Positions 20,967-32,489 are shown, counted from the first letter of the stretch. The stretch is DNA of 64,000 bases from an uncultured delta proteobacterium (GCA_963771175.1 CAVYSY010000052.1:225834-289833), one strand, 5' to 3'. Program-made: numbers and translations. The notes: generated from the sequence alone by a model not told the origin.

Positions 20967-22502
20967 ATGCGCGCTGACCCGGCCTGGACTCCGCGGGCGG
21001 GCTTGCTGCTCGCCATGGCCCTGCTCTCCGCCGGCTGTGCGTCGCTGACACCACCGCCCGGCCGGGGAATGAACCTGCGCTACATGCCGCACGAGGCCAC
21101 GGGGCCCTCGCTGGCCGGAGCGCCGGGCGAGGAGTCTCCGCTCACCCGCCCCTCCCCTCCTGAGCCCGAGGCACCGGAGCGGCTGCACCGTCGCCGGGAC
21201 TCGCGGGAGACCGTGACGGCGGCGGGCCCTGGCAGGGCCGAGGGGAATGCGTGGCTGAGCGCCCTCTCGGCCCAGGTGGCGTTTCTCGGGGCCGCGGACG
21301 AGGTGTCCTCCTCCTCGCGCCGCATCTCCCGCGAACTCACCAGACTCAAGGCCAGCTACCAGGGCATCGCCGGCGCGGGCAACGGCATCTTCGTCGGCTA
21401 CCTCGAGTATGGCGAACGTCAACGGCGGTGGATTGACGCCGAGCTCGCCGCCGCCACCCGGCTGGCCACCGCCGCCTCGGAGGTGGAGGACCCGGACATG
21501 CGGCTCGCCCTGCTGCGCCTGGCCGGCCCACGGTTGGAGGCCTCCATGCTTGGCTCCCTTCTGCTGGCCGTCTGGTTCGACTTCCTCGACCTCACCGACA
21601 CCGCGCTCTCCCGGCACCTCCATGGCGTGGAGACGCTGTACGTGGACATGGAGCGCTTCCAGCAAATGCTCGAGCCCTCCATGACGGCGCTCTCCTCCCT
21701 GGAGCCAGCGCAGGTGGAGGCTGCGGCGGAGGACATGCCCGCCCTGGTAGGCCACCTCACCAGCGAGTTCGCCGCACTCCGTGAGGCCATGCGCAAGGGG
21801 GCGGAAGTCCTCCAGACGGCGCTGGTGCTGAAAGAGGCCATAGAGGCCCTCACCACGCTCTCGGCGCTGAGGTTCTCATTGCCCAGGCTGCTGCCGCGAG
21901 CTGGCCCCGCCACGCTCGGCGTGGGCCTCATGGTGGGCTCCAACGGCGTGATGATGGGCACACGGATTGTCGTCTCCGCCGAGTGGGTGGAGATGATGCA
22001 GCGGCTGGTGCGGGCGGGCGTCCTCTCACTTCCCGCCGTCAGCGCCGCCGTGCGGATTCAGGCCGGCCAGGTGATGATGGCCGAGGCGCACGGCGAGCTG
22101 CCCAGGGGCGTGCGCGAGGCGCTCGGCGATGGGCCCGAGGTGCGGGGCATGCGCGTGACGGGCAAGGCGGGGGCCGGCATGGCCGAGCCCCCGGAGCACC
22201 ACGTCCTGCCCAAGGAGTTCCGCGAGTGGTTCGAGAAGCGCGGCTTCACCGGCGAGATGGACATCGACCAGTTCTGCGTCAGGCTGGAGCAGGCAAACCA
22301 TCAGGCGCTCCATGGTGGTGGCAGCTGGCAGCTCGGGCGCAAATGGCCCGGCGAATGGAACCGGATGATCATGAAGGCTCTGCGCGATGCCGAGGTTGAT
22401 GCTGGCCGGATGTTGACGCGGAACGAGATCCTGAGTCTCGTCGCGAAGCGAATGAAGGACTACAATATCCCGATGAACTTCATTCGCTGGAGAGGGAGAT
22501 GA
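20967..22502 (+). CDS. DUF2380-type lipoprotein polymorphic toxin (SitA-like), copy 2
   Basis: Lipobox LSAGC; HHVLPKEFREWFEKRG..HQALHGGG; intact 511-aa ORF. Confidence 0.8.
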   Translation: MRADPAWTPRAGLLLAMALLSAGCASLTPPPGRGMNLRYMPHEATGPSLAGAPGEESPLTRPSPPEPEAPERLHRRRDSRETVTAAGPGRAEGNAWLSALSAQVAFLGAADEVSSSSRRISRELTRLKASYQGIAGAGNGIFVGYLEYGERQRRWIDAELAAATRLATAASEVEDPDMRLALLRLAGPRLEASMLGSLLLAVWFDFLDLTDTALSRHLHGVETLYVDMERFQQMLEPSMTALSSLEPAQVEAAAEDMPALVGHLTSEFAALREAMRKGAEVLQTALVLKEAIEALTTLSALRFSLPRLLPRAGPATLGVGLMVGSNGVMMGTRIVVSAEWVEMMQRLVRAGVLSLPAVSAAVRIQAGQVMMAEAHGELPRGVREALGDGPEVRGMRVTGKAGAGMAEPPEHHVLPKEFREWFEKRGFTGEMDIDQFCVRLEQANHQALHGGGSWQLGRKWPGEWNRMIMKALRDAEVDAGRMLTRNEILSLVAKRMKDYNIPMNFIRWRGR

Positions 22503-22968
22503 GCGGCGGAGGTGCATGGGAGGGCAACTGGAAGGCGCGCCTGTATGAGCGGGTCCGCGAGCGCGGTTACGCTTCGCTCACCGCTTTCGCTGAAGCTCGC
22601 CCCGCCGTCCCGCTGTACTTGCTGGCCGAAGAACTAGGCAAAGACGACGTTGCCGGAGTGCAAGTGTTGAGCGGGTTGCTCGCCGAGGCCGAGCAGCGCA
22701 AACAGGTCACGCGCTTTGTGCGCGATGTACTCGTGCGCATGTTGTCCAAAGCGTCCCCGACGGTTGGCCGGCAATCATGGATGATGCCAATCGTTTCAAG
22801 GTTGCCGAGGCGCTCGGCTCCTGGTCTGCCTACACCCCTGAAACTCATGAGAAGCGCGTCGAACGGGCCAGGGCAGCGCTCCGTGCCACGCCGCCACCAC
22901 CCGGTTGGCGTCCACTCGGCCCCGATGACGAGCTACTCCTCACGCTCCTGCCTGATGAGGAAGCCTGA
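22499..22968 (+). CDS. Putative cognate immunity protein; frameshifted near 22750-22775
   Basis: ATGA overlap with the toxin stop; same WEGNW..PDDELLLTLLPDEEA family. Confidence 0.7.
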
Positions 22969-22990
22969 ACTTCGTCCCGTGGAGAGGGCG

Positions 22991-23461
22991 ATGAGAGACG
23001 GACGCACCTGGGATGGCAATTGGCGGGCCCGCCTGTATGAGCGGGTTCGCGAACGTGGTTACGCTTCGCTCACCGCCTTCGCCGAGGCGCGTCCTGCCGT
23101 CCCGCTGTATGTGCTGGCCGAGGAACTGGGCAGGGACGACGTTGCCGCCGTGCAGGTGTTGAGCGGGTTGCTCGCCGAGGCCGAGCAGCGCAAGCAGGTC
23201 ACGCGCTTCGTGCGCGATGTGCTTGTGCGACAGTTATCCCAGAGTCTCCCCGAGGGTTGGCCAGCCGCGCTGGACGACGGCAACCGTTTCAAGGTCGCCA
23301 AGGCACTCGGTTTATGGTCTGCCTTCACCCCAGAAGAATATGAGGAGCGCGTCGATCAGGTCGGCGATGCGCTCCTCGCCACGCCACCGCCGCCCGGGTG
23401 GCGCCCACTCGGCCCCGACGACGAGCTGCTGCTCACGCTCCTGCCCGACGAGGAAGCCTAA
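22991..23461 (+). CDS. Second tandem immunity paralog
   Basis: RBS GGAGAG; MRDGRTWDGNWRARLYERVRERG..PDDELLLTLLPDEEA*. Confidence 0.75.
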   Translation: MRDGRTWDGNWRARLYERVRERGYASLTAFAEARPAVPLYVLAEELGRDDVAAVQVLSGLLAEAEQRKQVTRFVRDVLVRQLSQSLPEGWPAALDDGNRFKVAKALGLWSAFTPEEYEERVDQVGDALLATPPPPGWRPLGPDDELLLTLLPDEEA

Positions 23462-23764
23462 TCATCTTCAGGGAGTTCGGTTGACGAGCGGGTTGTTGCA
23501 CAAGAGCCATCTCCCGTGGAGGCCGAACGAATCTGGAGTGAGCTGGCTGGGGTATGGAGAGAACGTGTGAGAAGTTCAAGACGAGCGCGGCGACCCTGGA
23601 ACTGTATGGAGCGACTTCATGGCGGGTATTCTTTCAGAGGCTCTGGGTGAACAAGGCCGCATCGAGTTCCAGGAACTGCCCCACGAGCAGCTCGCTCATT
23701 CACCGAGTACCCAGCTCCCCCGCCCTCCCACCGTCCCCCGGCCCCCAGCCCGGGAGGAGAGCGC

Positions 23765-26498
23765 TCAATCGAGCACCTTCACGGCCTTCACCACGCTGTC
23801 CCCGAAGCCCTCTCCCTGGTGGATGGTGAAGCCCAATTGGCGGCAGACGTGCTGCATCGCTCCGTTGCCCCTCAGGATGTCCGCCACGATGTGCCGCAGC
23901 TCCCAGTCCCGTCCCACCTCCACCAGCCGCTTCAGCACCTCCGTCCCCAGGCCCTGACGTTGGATCGCGTCGCTGATGAGCAGCGCGAACTCGGCGTCCT
24001 CCGTCCCAGGCAGCCTCGTCAGGCGCCCCACTCCCAGAATCTCTCCCCCGTTCACCCGCTCCACCACCAGCGCCATCTCGCGCCCGTAGTCGTTGAAGCA
24101 GATGCGCGCCAGCCGCTCGTGCGCCACCCGCTGGTCCAGCTTCATCATCCCCGCGTACCGCAAGAACACCGACTGCTCCGAGAGTGTCTTGTGGAACTCC
24201 ACCATCCTCGGCTCGTCCTCGGGACGGATGGGCCGGATGACCACCGGCTCCCCATCCTTCAGCACGCACCGCTCCACGTACTTCGTCGGGTACGGGAGGA
24301 TGGCCAGCCTCGGCAGCTCCGCCTCCGTCACCTCCGGGCCGTGCAGCACCACCCGCGCGTCCAGCGCCACCAGCCGCTCCGCCGACGCCAGCAGCGGGTT
24401 GATGTCCAACTCCTTGATGAAGCGCTGCTCCACCACCAGCTGGCTGAAGCGCACCAGCAGCTTCTCCAGCTCCCCCAGGTCCACCGGCTCGCGCCCTCGC
24501 ACTCCGCGCAGCGCCTCGTGGATGCGCGTCTGCTCCATCATCCGCCGCGCCAGCGTCGTGTTCAGCGGCGGCAGGCCCAGTGCTCTGTCCTTGAACACCT
24601 CCACCAGCGTGCCGCCCGCGCCGAACAGCAACACCGGCCCGAACTGCGCGTCCAGGCTGCTGCCCACGATGAGCTCGTAGCCGTCCAGCTTCACCATGGG
24701 CTGCACCGTCACTCCCTCGAACGCGTCCGCCTGCCCGAGCTCCTCCAGCTTCTCGCGGATGTCCGTGAAGGCCTCGCGCACCTCCTCCGCCGTCCCCAGG
24801 TTCAGCTTCACCCCGCCCACGTCCGTCTTGTGGGTGATCCGTCCCGAGTGCAGCTTCAGCACCACCGGGTAGCCCAGCGACTCCGCCTCGCGCACCGCCT
24901 CGTCCGCGCTCGTGGCCAGCCGCGTCTCCACCACGGGAATCCCATACGCCGCCAGCAGCCGCTTGGACTCGTGCTCCGTCAGCAGCAGGCGGCCCGCCTC
25001 GCGTGCCTCGCGGATGAGCGCCTCGGCCTCCTCGCGCCGCGCCGGCTCCTCCGTCAGGGACGGCGTCTCGTACAGGCCCGCCAGGTTGTACGAGTAGCGC
25101 CACATGTAATTGAAGATGCGCGCCGCCGTGTCCGGATAGCCGAACGTCGGAATCCCCACGTCGTTCAGGATGCGCTCGCCCGCCGCCACCTCCGAGCCTC
25201 CCATCCAGCTCGCGAGGACGGGCTTGCCCATCTTCACGTAGGGCTTCAGGCGATCCGCCGTCTGCGTGGGCTCGGTCATGTCCTGCGGCGTGAGGATGAC
25301 GAGCAGGCCGTCGTTGTTCTCGTCCGCGCCCGCCACCTCGAGTGCCTTCGCGTAGCGCTCGGGGTCCGCGTCGCCCAGGATGTCCACCGGGTTGCCGTGG
25401 CTCCACGCCGACGGCAGGAAGCCGTCCAGCTCCGCCAGCGTCTTGTCCGACAGCTTCGCCAGCTCGCCGCCGCCCATCACCAGCGCGTCCGTGGCCAGCA
25501 CCCCCGGGCCTCCCGCGTTGGTGAGGATGGTGAGGCGCCGGCCATCGGGGCGCGGCTGCTTGGCCAGCACCTCGGCCATGTAGAAGAGGTCCGCGATGGA
25601 GTCCACGCGCAGCACGCCCGTGCGCCGGAAGGCCGCGCTCAGCACCTCGTCGCTGCCCGTCAGCGAGCCCGTGTGCGAGGCCGCCGCCGCCGCCGCCTGC
25701 GCCGTGCGTCCCGCCTTGATGACGATGATGGGCTTGTGCAGCGCCACCTCGCGCGCCGCCGACAGGAAGCGCCCGCGCGTCGCCGATCGACTCCATGTAG
25801 ATGAGGATGCTGCGCGTGCGCGGGTCGTCCCCCAGGTAGTCGATGACGTCGCCCCAGCCCACGTCCAGCATCGAGCCCATCGACACGAAGGCGCTGAAGC
25901 CCACCGCCTCGCGCATGCTCCAGTCGAGGATGGCGGTGAGCAGCGCTCCGCTCTGGCTGATGAAGGCCACGTTGCCCGACCTCGCCATCTCTCCCGCGAA
26001 GGTGGCGTTGAGCCCCGTGGGCGGTCGCATCACCCCCAGGCAGTTGGGGCCGATGATGCGAATGCCCGCCTGCCGGGCGATTTGAAGCACCTCCTGCTCC
26101 AGCTTCGCGCCCTCGGGGCCCACCTCCTTGAAGCCCGCCGAGATGATGATGACGCCCTTCACGCCCAGCTCCGCGCACTCGCGCATGACGTCGGGCACCG
26201 TGGTGGACGGCGTCACGATGACGGCGAGGTCCACCGGCTCGGGTAGCGCGCGCAGGGACGGCCAGGCCTTGATGCCCAGCACGTTCGGCCGCTTGGGGTT
26301 GATGGGGTAGACGGTGCCCCCGAAGGGGTTGCTGATGAGGTTCCAGAGGATGGTGCGACCCACGCTCCCCTGCCGCTCGCTCGCGCCCACCACCGCCACG
26401 CTGCGCGGGTTGAAGATGGCATCGAGCGGGTGACGGCCTCGTTGGTGCAGCAGGTCGTACGAGGGGTCGTTGGGCGGCGGGCGAGTCATCTGGGCCAT
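23765..26498 (-). CDS. Acetate--CoA ligase (ADP-forming) family / GNAT acetyltransferase fusion (Pat-like); frameshift near 25780
   Basis: [65 protein letters not shown]. Confidence 0.9.
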
Positions 26499-26642
26499 AG
26501 GGACTGCCTTCTCAGCCCGAACCCGCCTCCGGTTCAACCCTCAACGGAGTGACGAGTGCGTGTTGCGTTACCTGTGAGGCAGTGGAGCCCGGGGCCGTGG
26601 CGGGTGTGGAACAGGCCCGCTCGGAGGTAGGCTCTCCGGACC

Positions 26643-27164
26643 ATGGCTCGCCGCAAACAGGCCGATGAGACCACCGCCCGCGTCCGCAATCTGATTGCCC
26701 TCGATGCCGCCCACATCATGCGGCGGCTCGAGGCGCGCCGGAGCGAGATGTTCGTCCTCTTCTCCCGCCTGCGCAGCCGCGAGCCCATGCTCAGCACCCT
26801 CGCCACCCGCTACTCCTCGGCCACCTTCCACGACCTCGTCCACCTCCCCGCGCGCGAGCAGTCCGTCGTGGACCACTTCTACGAGAGCCTCGACGCCCTG
26901 CGCTGGTACTTCACCTACACCGAGGACATGCCCAGCACCGCCCAGCAGACCTTCAACACCCTCCACCGTCGGCTGGAGGAGGCCCACCGGTTGCTCGTCA
27001 CCACCCTGGGCCACCCCGTCACTCCCGACGGCGTCACCATCGTCGAGGGCGAGGTTCTCCGCCGCGCCGAGCCCGCCCCCGAGGCCGCGCTCGTCCGCGC
27101 CTCGTCTCCTCGCAAGCGCCGCGTGGCTCCTCCCGCGAACGGCACGAGCGCCTCGGACGAGTAG
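26643..27164 (+). CDS. Hypothetical helical protein
   Basis: 173-aa ORF with GC3-rich codons and upstream GGAGG. Confidence 0.7.
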   Translation: MARRKQADETTARVRNLIALDAAHIMRRLEARRSEMFVLFSRLRSREPMLSTLATRYSSATFHDLVHLPAREQSVVDHFYESLDALRWYFTYTEDMPSTAQQTFNTLHRRLEEAHRLLVTTLGHPVTPDGVTIVEGEVLRRAEPAPEAALVRASSPRKRRVAPPANGTSASDE

Positions 27165-27308
27165 TCACGGCACCTCCTCCCTCGGCGAGCGGGGACTCGG
27201 GCGTGAGCCCGCTCCCCGAGGAGCACCCGGGCGGCAGAGCCCTCGGTCCGGGCCACCTCCCCTCCCCGGGCTTCGGGGCCCACCCTGTGAAACGGGGAGG
27301 TCTCCGTC

Positions 27309-28745
27309 ATGTTCTTCCAGGCCATCCAGACGCCCGGCATCGCCCATGTCTCCTACGTGCTCGGCAGCAACGGGGAGGCCCTCGTGGTCGACCCGCGGCG
27401 CGACGTCGACGTCTATCTCGACGTGCTCCAGTCCCAGGGCCTGAACCTGCGCTACGTCCTCCAGACGCACCGCCAGGAGGACTTCGTCCTGGGCACCACC
27501 CTGCTCGCCCGCCTCACGGGCGCCCGGATCGTCGCTGGCAAGCACCCCATCACCGGCTATGCCGACCTCCTGATGGGCGAGCGCGAACGGCTCCAGCTCG
27601 GCGGCCTCTCCCTGCTCGCCCTCCACACCCCGGGCCACACCCCGGAGAGCATGAGCTGGGCCGTCTACCTCGACACCCACCCCACCCTCGCCTGGGGCGT
27701 CTTCACCGGAGATGCGCTCTTCGCCGGGGAGACCGGCCGCACCGACCTGCAGGACCCCGAGCGCACCTTCGACAACGCCGCGCTCCTCTACGACTCGCTC
27801 CACCAGAAGGTGCTCCCCCTTGGGGACCAGGCGCTCGTCCTCCCGGCGCACGGCGCGGGCTCGGTGTGCGGCAGCCACATCGCCGACCGGGATTGGACCA
27901 CGCTCGGCCTCGAGCGCCACCGCAACCCCGTCTTCACCCTCGAGCGCGACGCGTTCATCGAGCACAAGCTGCGCGAGCGCCTCCCCCGGCCGCCCCACTT
28001 CTGGCACATGGAGGAGCTGAACCTGCAGGGTGGCCTCGCGCTCGCCCGCAGGCCGAACGTCATCCCCCTGCTGTCACCTCGGGAGTTCCAGCAGTCCTCC
28101 CAGGACTGGCCCATCCTCGACGCGCGCGAGCCCGAGGCCTTCGCCGGCGGCCACCTCCCCGGCTCGTTGAACATCTGGATGGGCGGCCTGCCCATCTTCG
28201 CCGGCTGGGTGGCCCGCCACGACTCGCCGGTGTTCCTCGTGCTGCCCGAGCACGCGGAGGTCCAACAGGCGGTGCTCTCGCTGGCCCGCATCGGCATCGA
28301 CCAGGTGGAGGGCATCCTCTCCGGCGGCTTCCGGGCCTGGAGCAGGGAGGGGCTGCCCGTCGAGCACCACGCCACCCTCTCGCCCCTCGCGCTGCACGAG
28401 AACGCCCGGCGCTTCCAGACGCTGGACGTGCGGGAGATCTCCGAGTTCGAGGAGGGCCACATCCCGGGCGCCCGCCACGCCTACGTGGGCGAGCTGGAGG
28501 AGCGCCTGGCCGACCTGGGGCTGCGCGAGGACATGCCGGTGGCGGTGACATGCGGCTCGGGCCATCGGTCCGGATTGGCCACCAGCCTCCTGCTGCGCCA
28601 GGGCTTCCGGCGCGTGGCCAACCTGCTCGGCGGGATGAACGCGTGGAAGAAGCTGGACCTGCCGGTGGAGACAGGGGCGGCGCGTCCGGGCGAGGCCCCG
28701 CGCCCCTCGGAGGCGCAGGTCGGCGACGAGCTGTACTACGAGTAG
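27309..28745 (+). CDS. MBL-fold hydrolase fused to two rhodanese domains
   Basis: THRQEDF, HTPGHTPES, FTGDALF, PAHGAGS; rhodanese GHLPG, GHIPGA and CGSGHRS. Confidence 0.9.
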   Translation: MFFQAIQTPGIAHVSYVLGSNGEALVVDPRRDVDVYLDVLQSQGLNLRYVLQTHRQEDFVLGTTLLARLTGARIVAGKHPITGYADLLMGERERLQLGGLSLLALHTPGHTPESMSWAVYLDTHPTLAWGVFTGDALFAGETGRTDLQDPERTFDNAALLYDSLHQKVLPLGDQALVLPAHGAGSVCGSHIADRDWTTLGLERHRNPVFTLERDAFIEHKLRERLPRPPHFWHMEELNLQGGLALARRPNVIPLLSPREFQQSSQDWPILDAREPEAFAGGHLPGSLNIWMGGLPIFAGWVARHDSPVFLVLPEHAEVQQAVLSLARIGIDQVEGILSGGFRAWSREGLPVEHHATLSPLALHENARRFQTLDVREISEFEEGHIPGARHAYVGELEERLADLGLREDMPVAVTCGSGHRSGLATSLLLRQGFRRVANLLGGMNAWKKLDLPVETGAARPGEAPRPSEAQVGDELYYE

Positions 28746-28832
28746 GCGAGCGAGCGACGAGTCATTCCTCCGACAGGCCCTCCGGCCGGTTCCTGTCGGG
28801 CTCCGGGGCTTTCGTTTAGAGTCCCGGGCCGC

Positions 28833-30338
28833 ATGATCGAAGCGTCTCGTGGCCGGCGGTGGGCGGTCCTCGTCCTCGTCCCATTCCTCCTTGGAGCACT
28901 CGCCTGGGTGCTCTGGAAGCCCGGCTCGGAGTCCAAGGCTCCCCGGCATACACGTACTCCCCGCGCCCAGCGGCCCGACGCGGGGCTCCCCGCCAGGCCC
29001 CTCCGGCTCGCCCAGGCCGCCTCGCCCGCTCCAGCCGCCCAGCCCGCCGCGGCCCCGGAGCCCTCCGTCCAGCGAGCGATGCCCGCCCCCTCGCCTCGCG
29101 CCCGGAAGCTCCACCTGCTCGGCAAGAAGCTCGGCGCCCACGAGCCCCGGCTGGAGAACCCCTGCCTGTCGCAGTCGGGCCCGGCCTGCACCCGCTCCGC
29201 CCTCACCCCCTTCTTCGAGTCCCTCGACGCGCTCTCCTCCGGCAAGGCCAGCTCGCCCGCCGTCATCGAGGCGTTCGGCAACTCGCTGATCGCCGGGGAC
29301 CGCATCGTGGACGTCGTCCGCGAGGAGCTGAGTGCCACCTTCGGGGATGGCGGCCGCGGGGTGCTCTCCGTGGACCGGCTCGCCGCGTACGGGCCGCGCG
29401 CCCGCGCCGGGTTCGCTCGCGGCGGCTGGGAGGCGCGCACCCTGGGCGAGCTGAAGCCCGCCGAGCTGCCCTTCGGCATCACCGGCACGTACCACGTGTC
29501 CACCGCCTCGAGGGCCAGCAGCCGCTTCGCCCTCACCGGCGAGCCGCGCGGCACCCTGTGGTGGTTGGACGTGCCTCGCGCCGGTCGCCTCTCCCTCCAC
29601 GTCGATGGCAAGCCGGTCGCCCGCGCCGAGCCCCAGGGCAGCGGTCAGGCCCAGGCGCTCACCGTCGACCTCCCCGAGGGCGCGCGCACGCTGGACGTCG
29701 TCGCCGAGGGCAAGGGCGCCGTGGTGCTCGGCGTGGTGCTGCAGCACGAGCGCCCGGGCATCGTGCTCGACACCCTGGGCGTGCCCTCCGCGGATGCCAA
29801 CCTCTTCCTGCGCGCCCGCGAGGACATCTTCCGCGCGCAGCTCGTCGAGCGCTCGCCCCGCCTGCTCCTGTTCATCCTCGGCGGCAACGAGGCCAAGCGG
29901 CTCGAGTGGGGTCGCTCCAAGCTCCAGGAGGTGGAGGAGGGACTGCGCACCTTCGTCCGCCGCGCGCGCACCGCCGCGCCCGACAGCGCCTGCCTCGTCG
30001 TGGGCCCCATCGATGCCGTCCGCGGGGGCGACGGGCCCCGCAAGCTCACCCAGCGGCCCTACCTCGACGAGGTCATCTCCCTCGAGCGGCAGATCGCCCT
30101 CGCCGAGGGCTGCGCCTTCTTCGACATCTTCTCGGCCATGGGAGGCTCCGGCTCGCTGGCCCGCTTCCACGCGGCCGGGATGGTGCACGAGGACCTCGTC
30201 CACCCGAAGGGCCAGGGGTTGGACCTGCTCGGCCAGCTCCTCACCGACGCGCTGCTGCGCGCCTGGGTGGAGTCCGACAGGCCCCACAAGCAGGCCGCCC
30301 TCTCGCCGCGGCTCCAGGCCTCGGAGGAGGCGCGGTGA
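28833..30338 (+). CDS. Membrane-anchored SGNH/GDSL-family protein
   Basis: N-terminal TM; FGNS, LGGNE and DLVHP blocks. Confidence 0.75.
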   Translation: MIEASRGRRWAVLVLVPFLLGALAWVLWKPGSESKAPRHTRTPRAQRPDAGLPARPLRLAQAASPAPAAQPAAAPEPSVQRAMPAPSPRARKLHLLGKKLGAHEPRLENPCLSQSGPACTRSALTPFFESLDALSSGKASSPAVIEAFGNSLIAGDRIVDVVREELSATFGDGGRGVLSVDRLAAYGPRARAGFARGGWEARTLGELKPAELPFGITGTYHVSTASRASSRFALTGEPRGTLWWLDVPRAGRLSLHVDGKPVARAEPQGSGQAQALTVDLPEGARTLDVVAEGKGAVVLGVVLQHERPGIVLDTLGVPSADANLFLRAREDIFRAQLVERSPRLLLFILGGNEAKRLEWGRSKLQEVEEGLRTFVRRARTAAPDSACLVVGPIDAVRGGDGPRKLTQRPYLDEVISLERQIALAEGCAFFDIFSAMGGSGSLARFHAAGMVHEDLVHPKGQGLDLLGQLLTDALLRAWVESDRPHKQAALSPRLQASEEAR

Positions 30339-32489
30339 GGGCGCTCCTCGTCGCCCTCGTCCTCTTCTGTTCCACCGCGCTGGCGGCCTCTCGCCCGGCC
30401 CAGGCCCGCGCGCCGGCTCCGGCCGCGTCCACCGCCGCCCGGAAGAAGGACCCGGCCTTCCCCCCGGAGACCCAGCGCGCGCTGGAGTCCCTCGTGCGCG
30501 CCGAGCTCGCCAAGGGGCCCCACGCGGGGCTCTCGGTGGGCGTGCTCCACGGCGGCATGCGCTGGGTGCGCGGCTACGGCTCGCGAGACCTTGCCCACAA
30601 GTTGGCCGCCACGCCCCGGACGACGTACCGGATGGCGTCCATCACCAAGTCCTTCACCGCCGTGGCCGTGCTGCAACTGGTGGAGGAGGGCAAGCTGGAG
30701 CTCGACGCGGACATCCGCACCCAGGTGCCCTCCTTCCCCGAGAAGCCCTGGCCCGTCACCGTGCGCCAGCTCCTCGGGCACCTCGGCGGCGTGTCCCACT
30801 ACGACGGCCCCGAGGCCGCGGAGAACACCCAGCACCTCGACACCGCGGGCGCCCTCGCCCTCTTCGCCGACAAGCCGCTCGTCGTCGAGCCCGGCACGAA
30901 GTTCGTCTACACCACCTGGGGCTACAACCTGCTCGGCGCCGCCGTCGAGACGGCCTCGGGCCAGTCCTACGGCGACTACCTGAAGGCCCATGTCTTCGGC
31001 CCCGCCGGCATGCGCCACGCCGCGCTGGATGACACCCGCACGCGCGACAAGCACCACGCCGTGGGCTACCGCCCGCACAAGGGACAGCTCGTCCCTTCGC
31101 ACTACCTCGATGTCTCCAGCCGCTTCGCCGGCGGCGGCACCCGCGCCTCGGTGGAGGACCTGCTCGCCTTCGGCCAGGCCGTGCTCCAGCACCGGCTCGT
31201 GCCGCCCGCCACCGCGCGGATGATGCAGACGCCCATGAGCACCCGCGAGGGCCAACTCACCGACTACGGCATGGGCTTCGCCACCTACCCGCTGCGCGGC
31301 CACTACATGGTGGCCCACGCTGGCGGCCAGCCCGAGACGACCTCGCTGCTGGTGATGCTGCCCGCCGAGGACGTCGTCATCGCGATCGCCTCCAACCTGG
31401 AGGGCGAGGCCAAACGGCAGCGGCGCATCTCCACCCGCATCCTGGAGGCTGCTGCTGGAGGACGGGCTCGTGCGCCGCGACGCGCACGCGGTGGACCCGG
31501 TGGACGCCGTGGTGCACGAGGGCCTCGCGCGCCTCTTCACCTACGGGCTCGCCTACCACCAGTGGGCCACGCGCGGGCCGGGCGCGCTCCCCGAGCTGGG
31601 GGATGCCGCCGAGGCCTTCAACCGGGTGTCCGCGCTGCTCGACCGCGCCACCATCGCCCAGGAGCCGCAGGTCGCCCTGGAGCGAGTGCGGGTGGCGCAC
31701 CAGCCCCGGGAGGGCTCGCTCCTCATCCGCGTGGGCGCGCACATGGCCGAGACGTTGGAGAAGACGCTCGGGCCCGAGAAGCTCCGCGAGTACCCCGCGC
31801 GTGGCCCGCTCGCCTTCTTCACGGATTACCTCGCCGCGTGCGAGCAGGTGCCCTGCCCCGCCGCGCTGCGCTTCAGCGAGGCCCTGCGCAACGACGTGAG
31901 GCACTTCGATGAGGTGTGGCAGCGCTCGCAGGTGGCCGAGCTGCGGCGCGCCCGGCTGGACGAGGCGGCCAACCCCGAGGCGCTCTGGCCCGCGCTGGAG
32001 GCGGCCACCACGGGCGCGGCGCTGCACCCGGACTACGTGGAGGAGATGCTGCGAGTCGCCGGCCTGCTCGGAAAGCGTGGGCGGCGCGAGGAGCAGCTCC
32101 GCTGGCTGGAGCGCGCCGTGGCCCTGCACCCCCAGTCGGCCTCGGCGCGCGAGGCGCTCGCCAAGGCCCAGGGCCCCGAGGGGAAACAGGAGCCGGAGAC
32201 CCCCGCGCCTTCCGCGCTCCGCCGAGCCCCGGAGGGGAGCCCCGTGCCCGACGACGCCGGGCTCCTCCCGGGCGCCCGCCCTCCTGCGCAGCGGCAGAGC
32301 CGCCGAGAAAAGGATTCTCCTCCATGCACCGAGAGGACGGATCCCAATGCCGAGGTGCTGCCCTCTTCATCGTGCACTCGGCCCATGACGAGAATTGAAA
32401 GAGATTCTCTTCTGCTGGCCCAGGACAAGCGGCTGAAGGAACGTTGCGCTCATGCCGCTGTACGCATGGAGTTGGAAGCACGGGGCTGA
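30335..32489 (+). CDS. Serine hydrolase (beta-lactamase/PBP-like) with C-terminal TPR-like region; frameshift near 31450; 3' end uncertain
   Basis: GTGA overlap with the SGNH gene; signal peptide; SITK (SxxK), YTT, HAGG. Confidence 0.8.

Noticed and set aside
22499..23461. Single 320-aa duplicated-domain protein
   Set aside because: Frameshift read-through joining two immunity genes; the second has its own RBS and ATG
23462..23764. Additional gene after the immunity array
   Set aside because: Only short protein-like fragments with no convincing start; unassignable
28859..30334. 5' part of the 1017-aa ORF as one giant protein
   Set aside because: Off-frame shadow of the SGNH gene; the real hydrolase starts at GTG 30335
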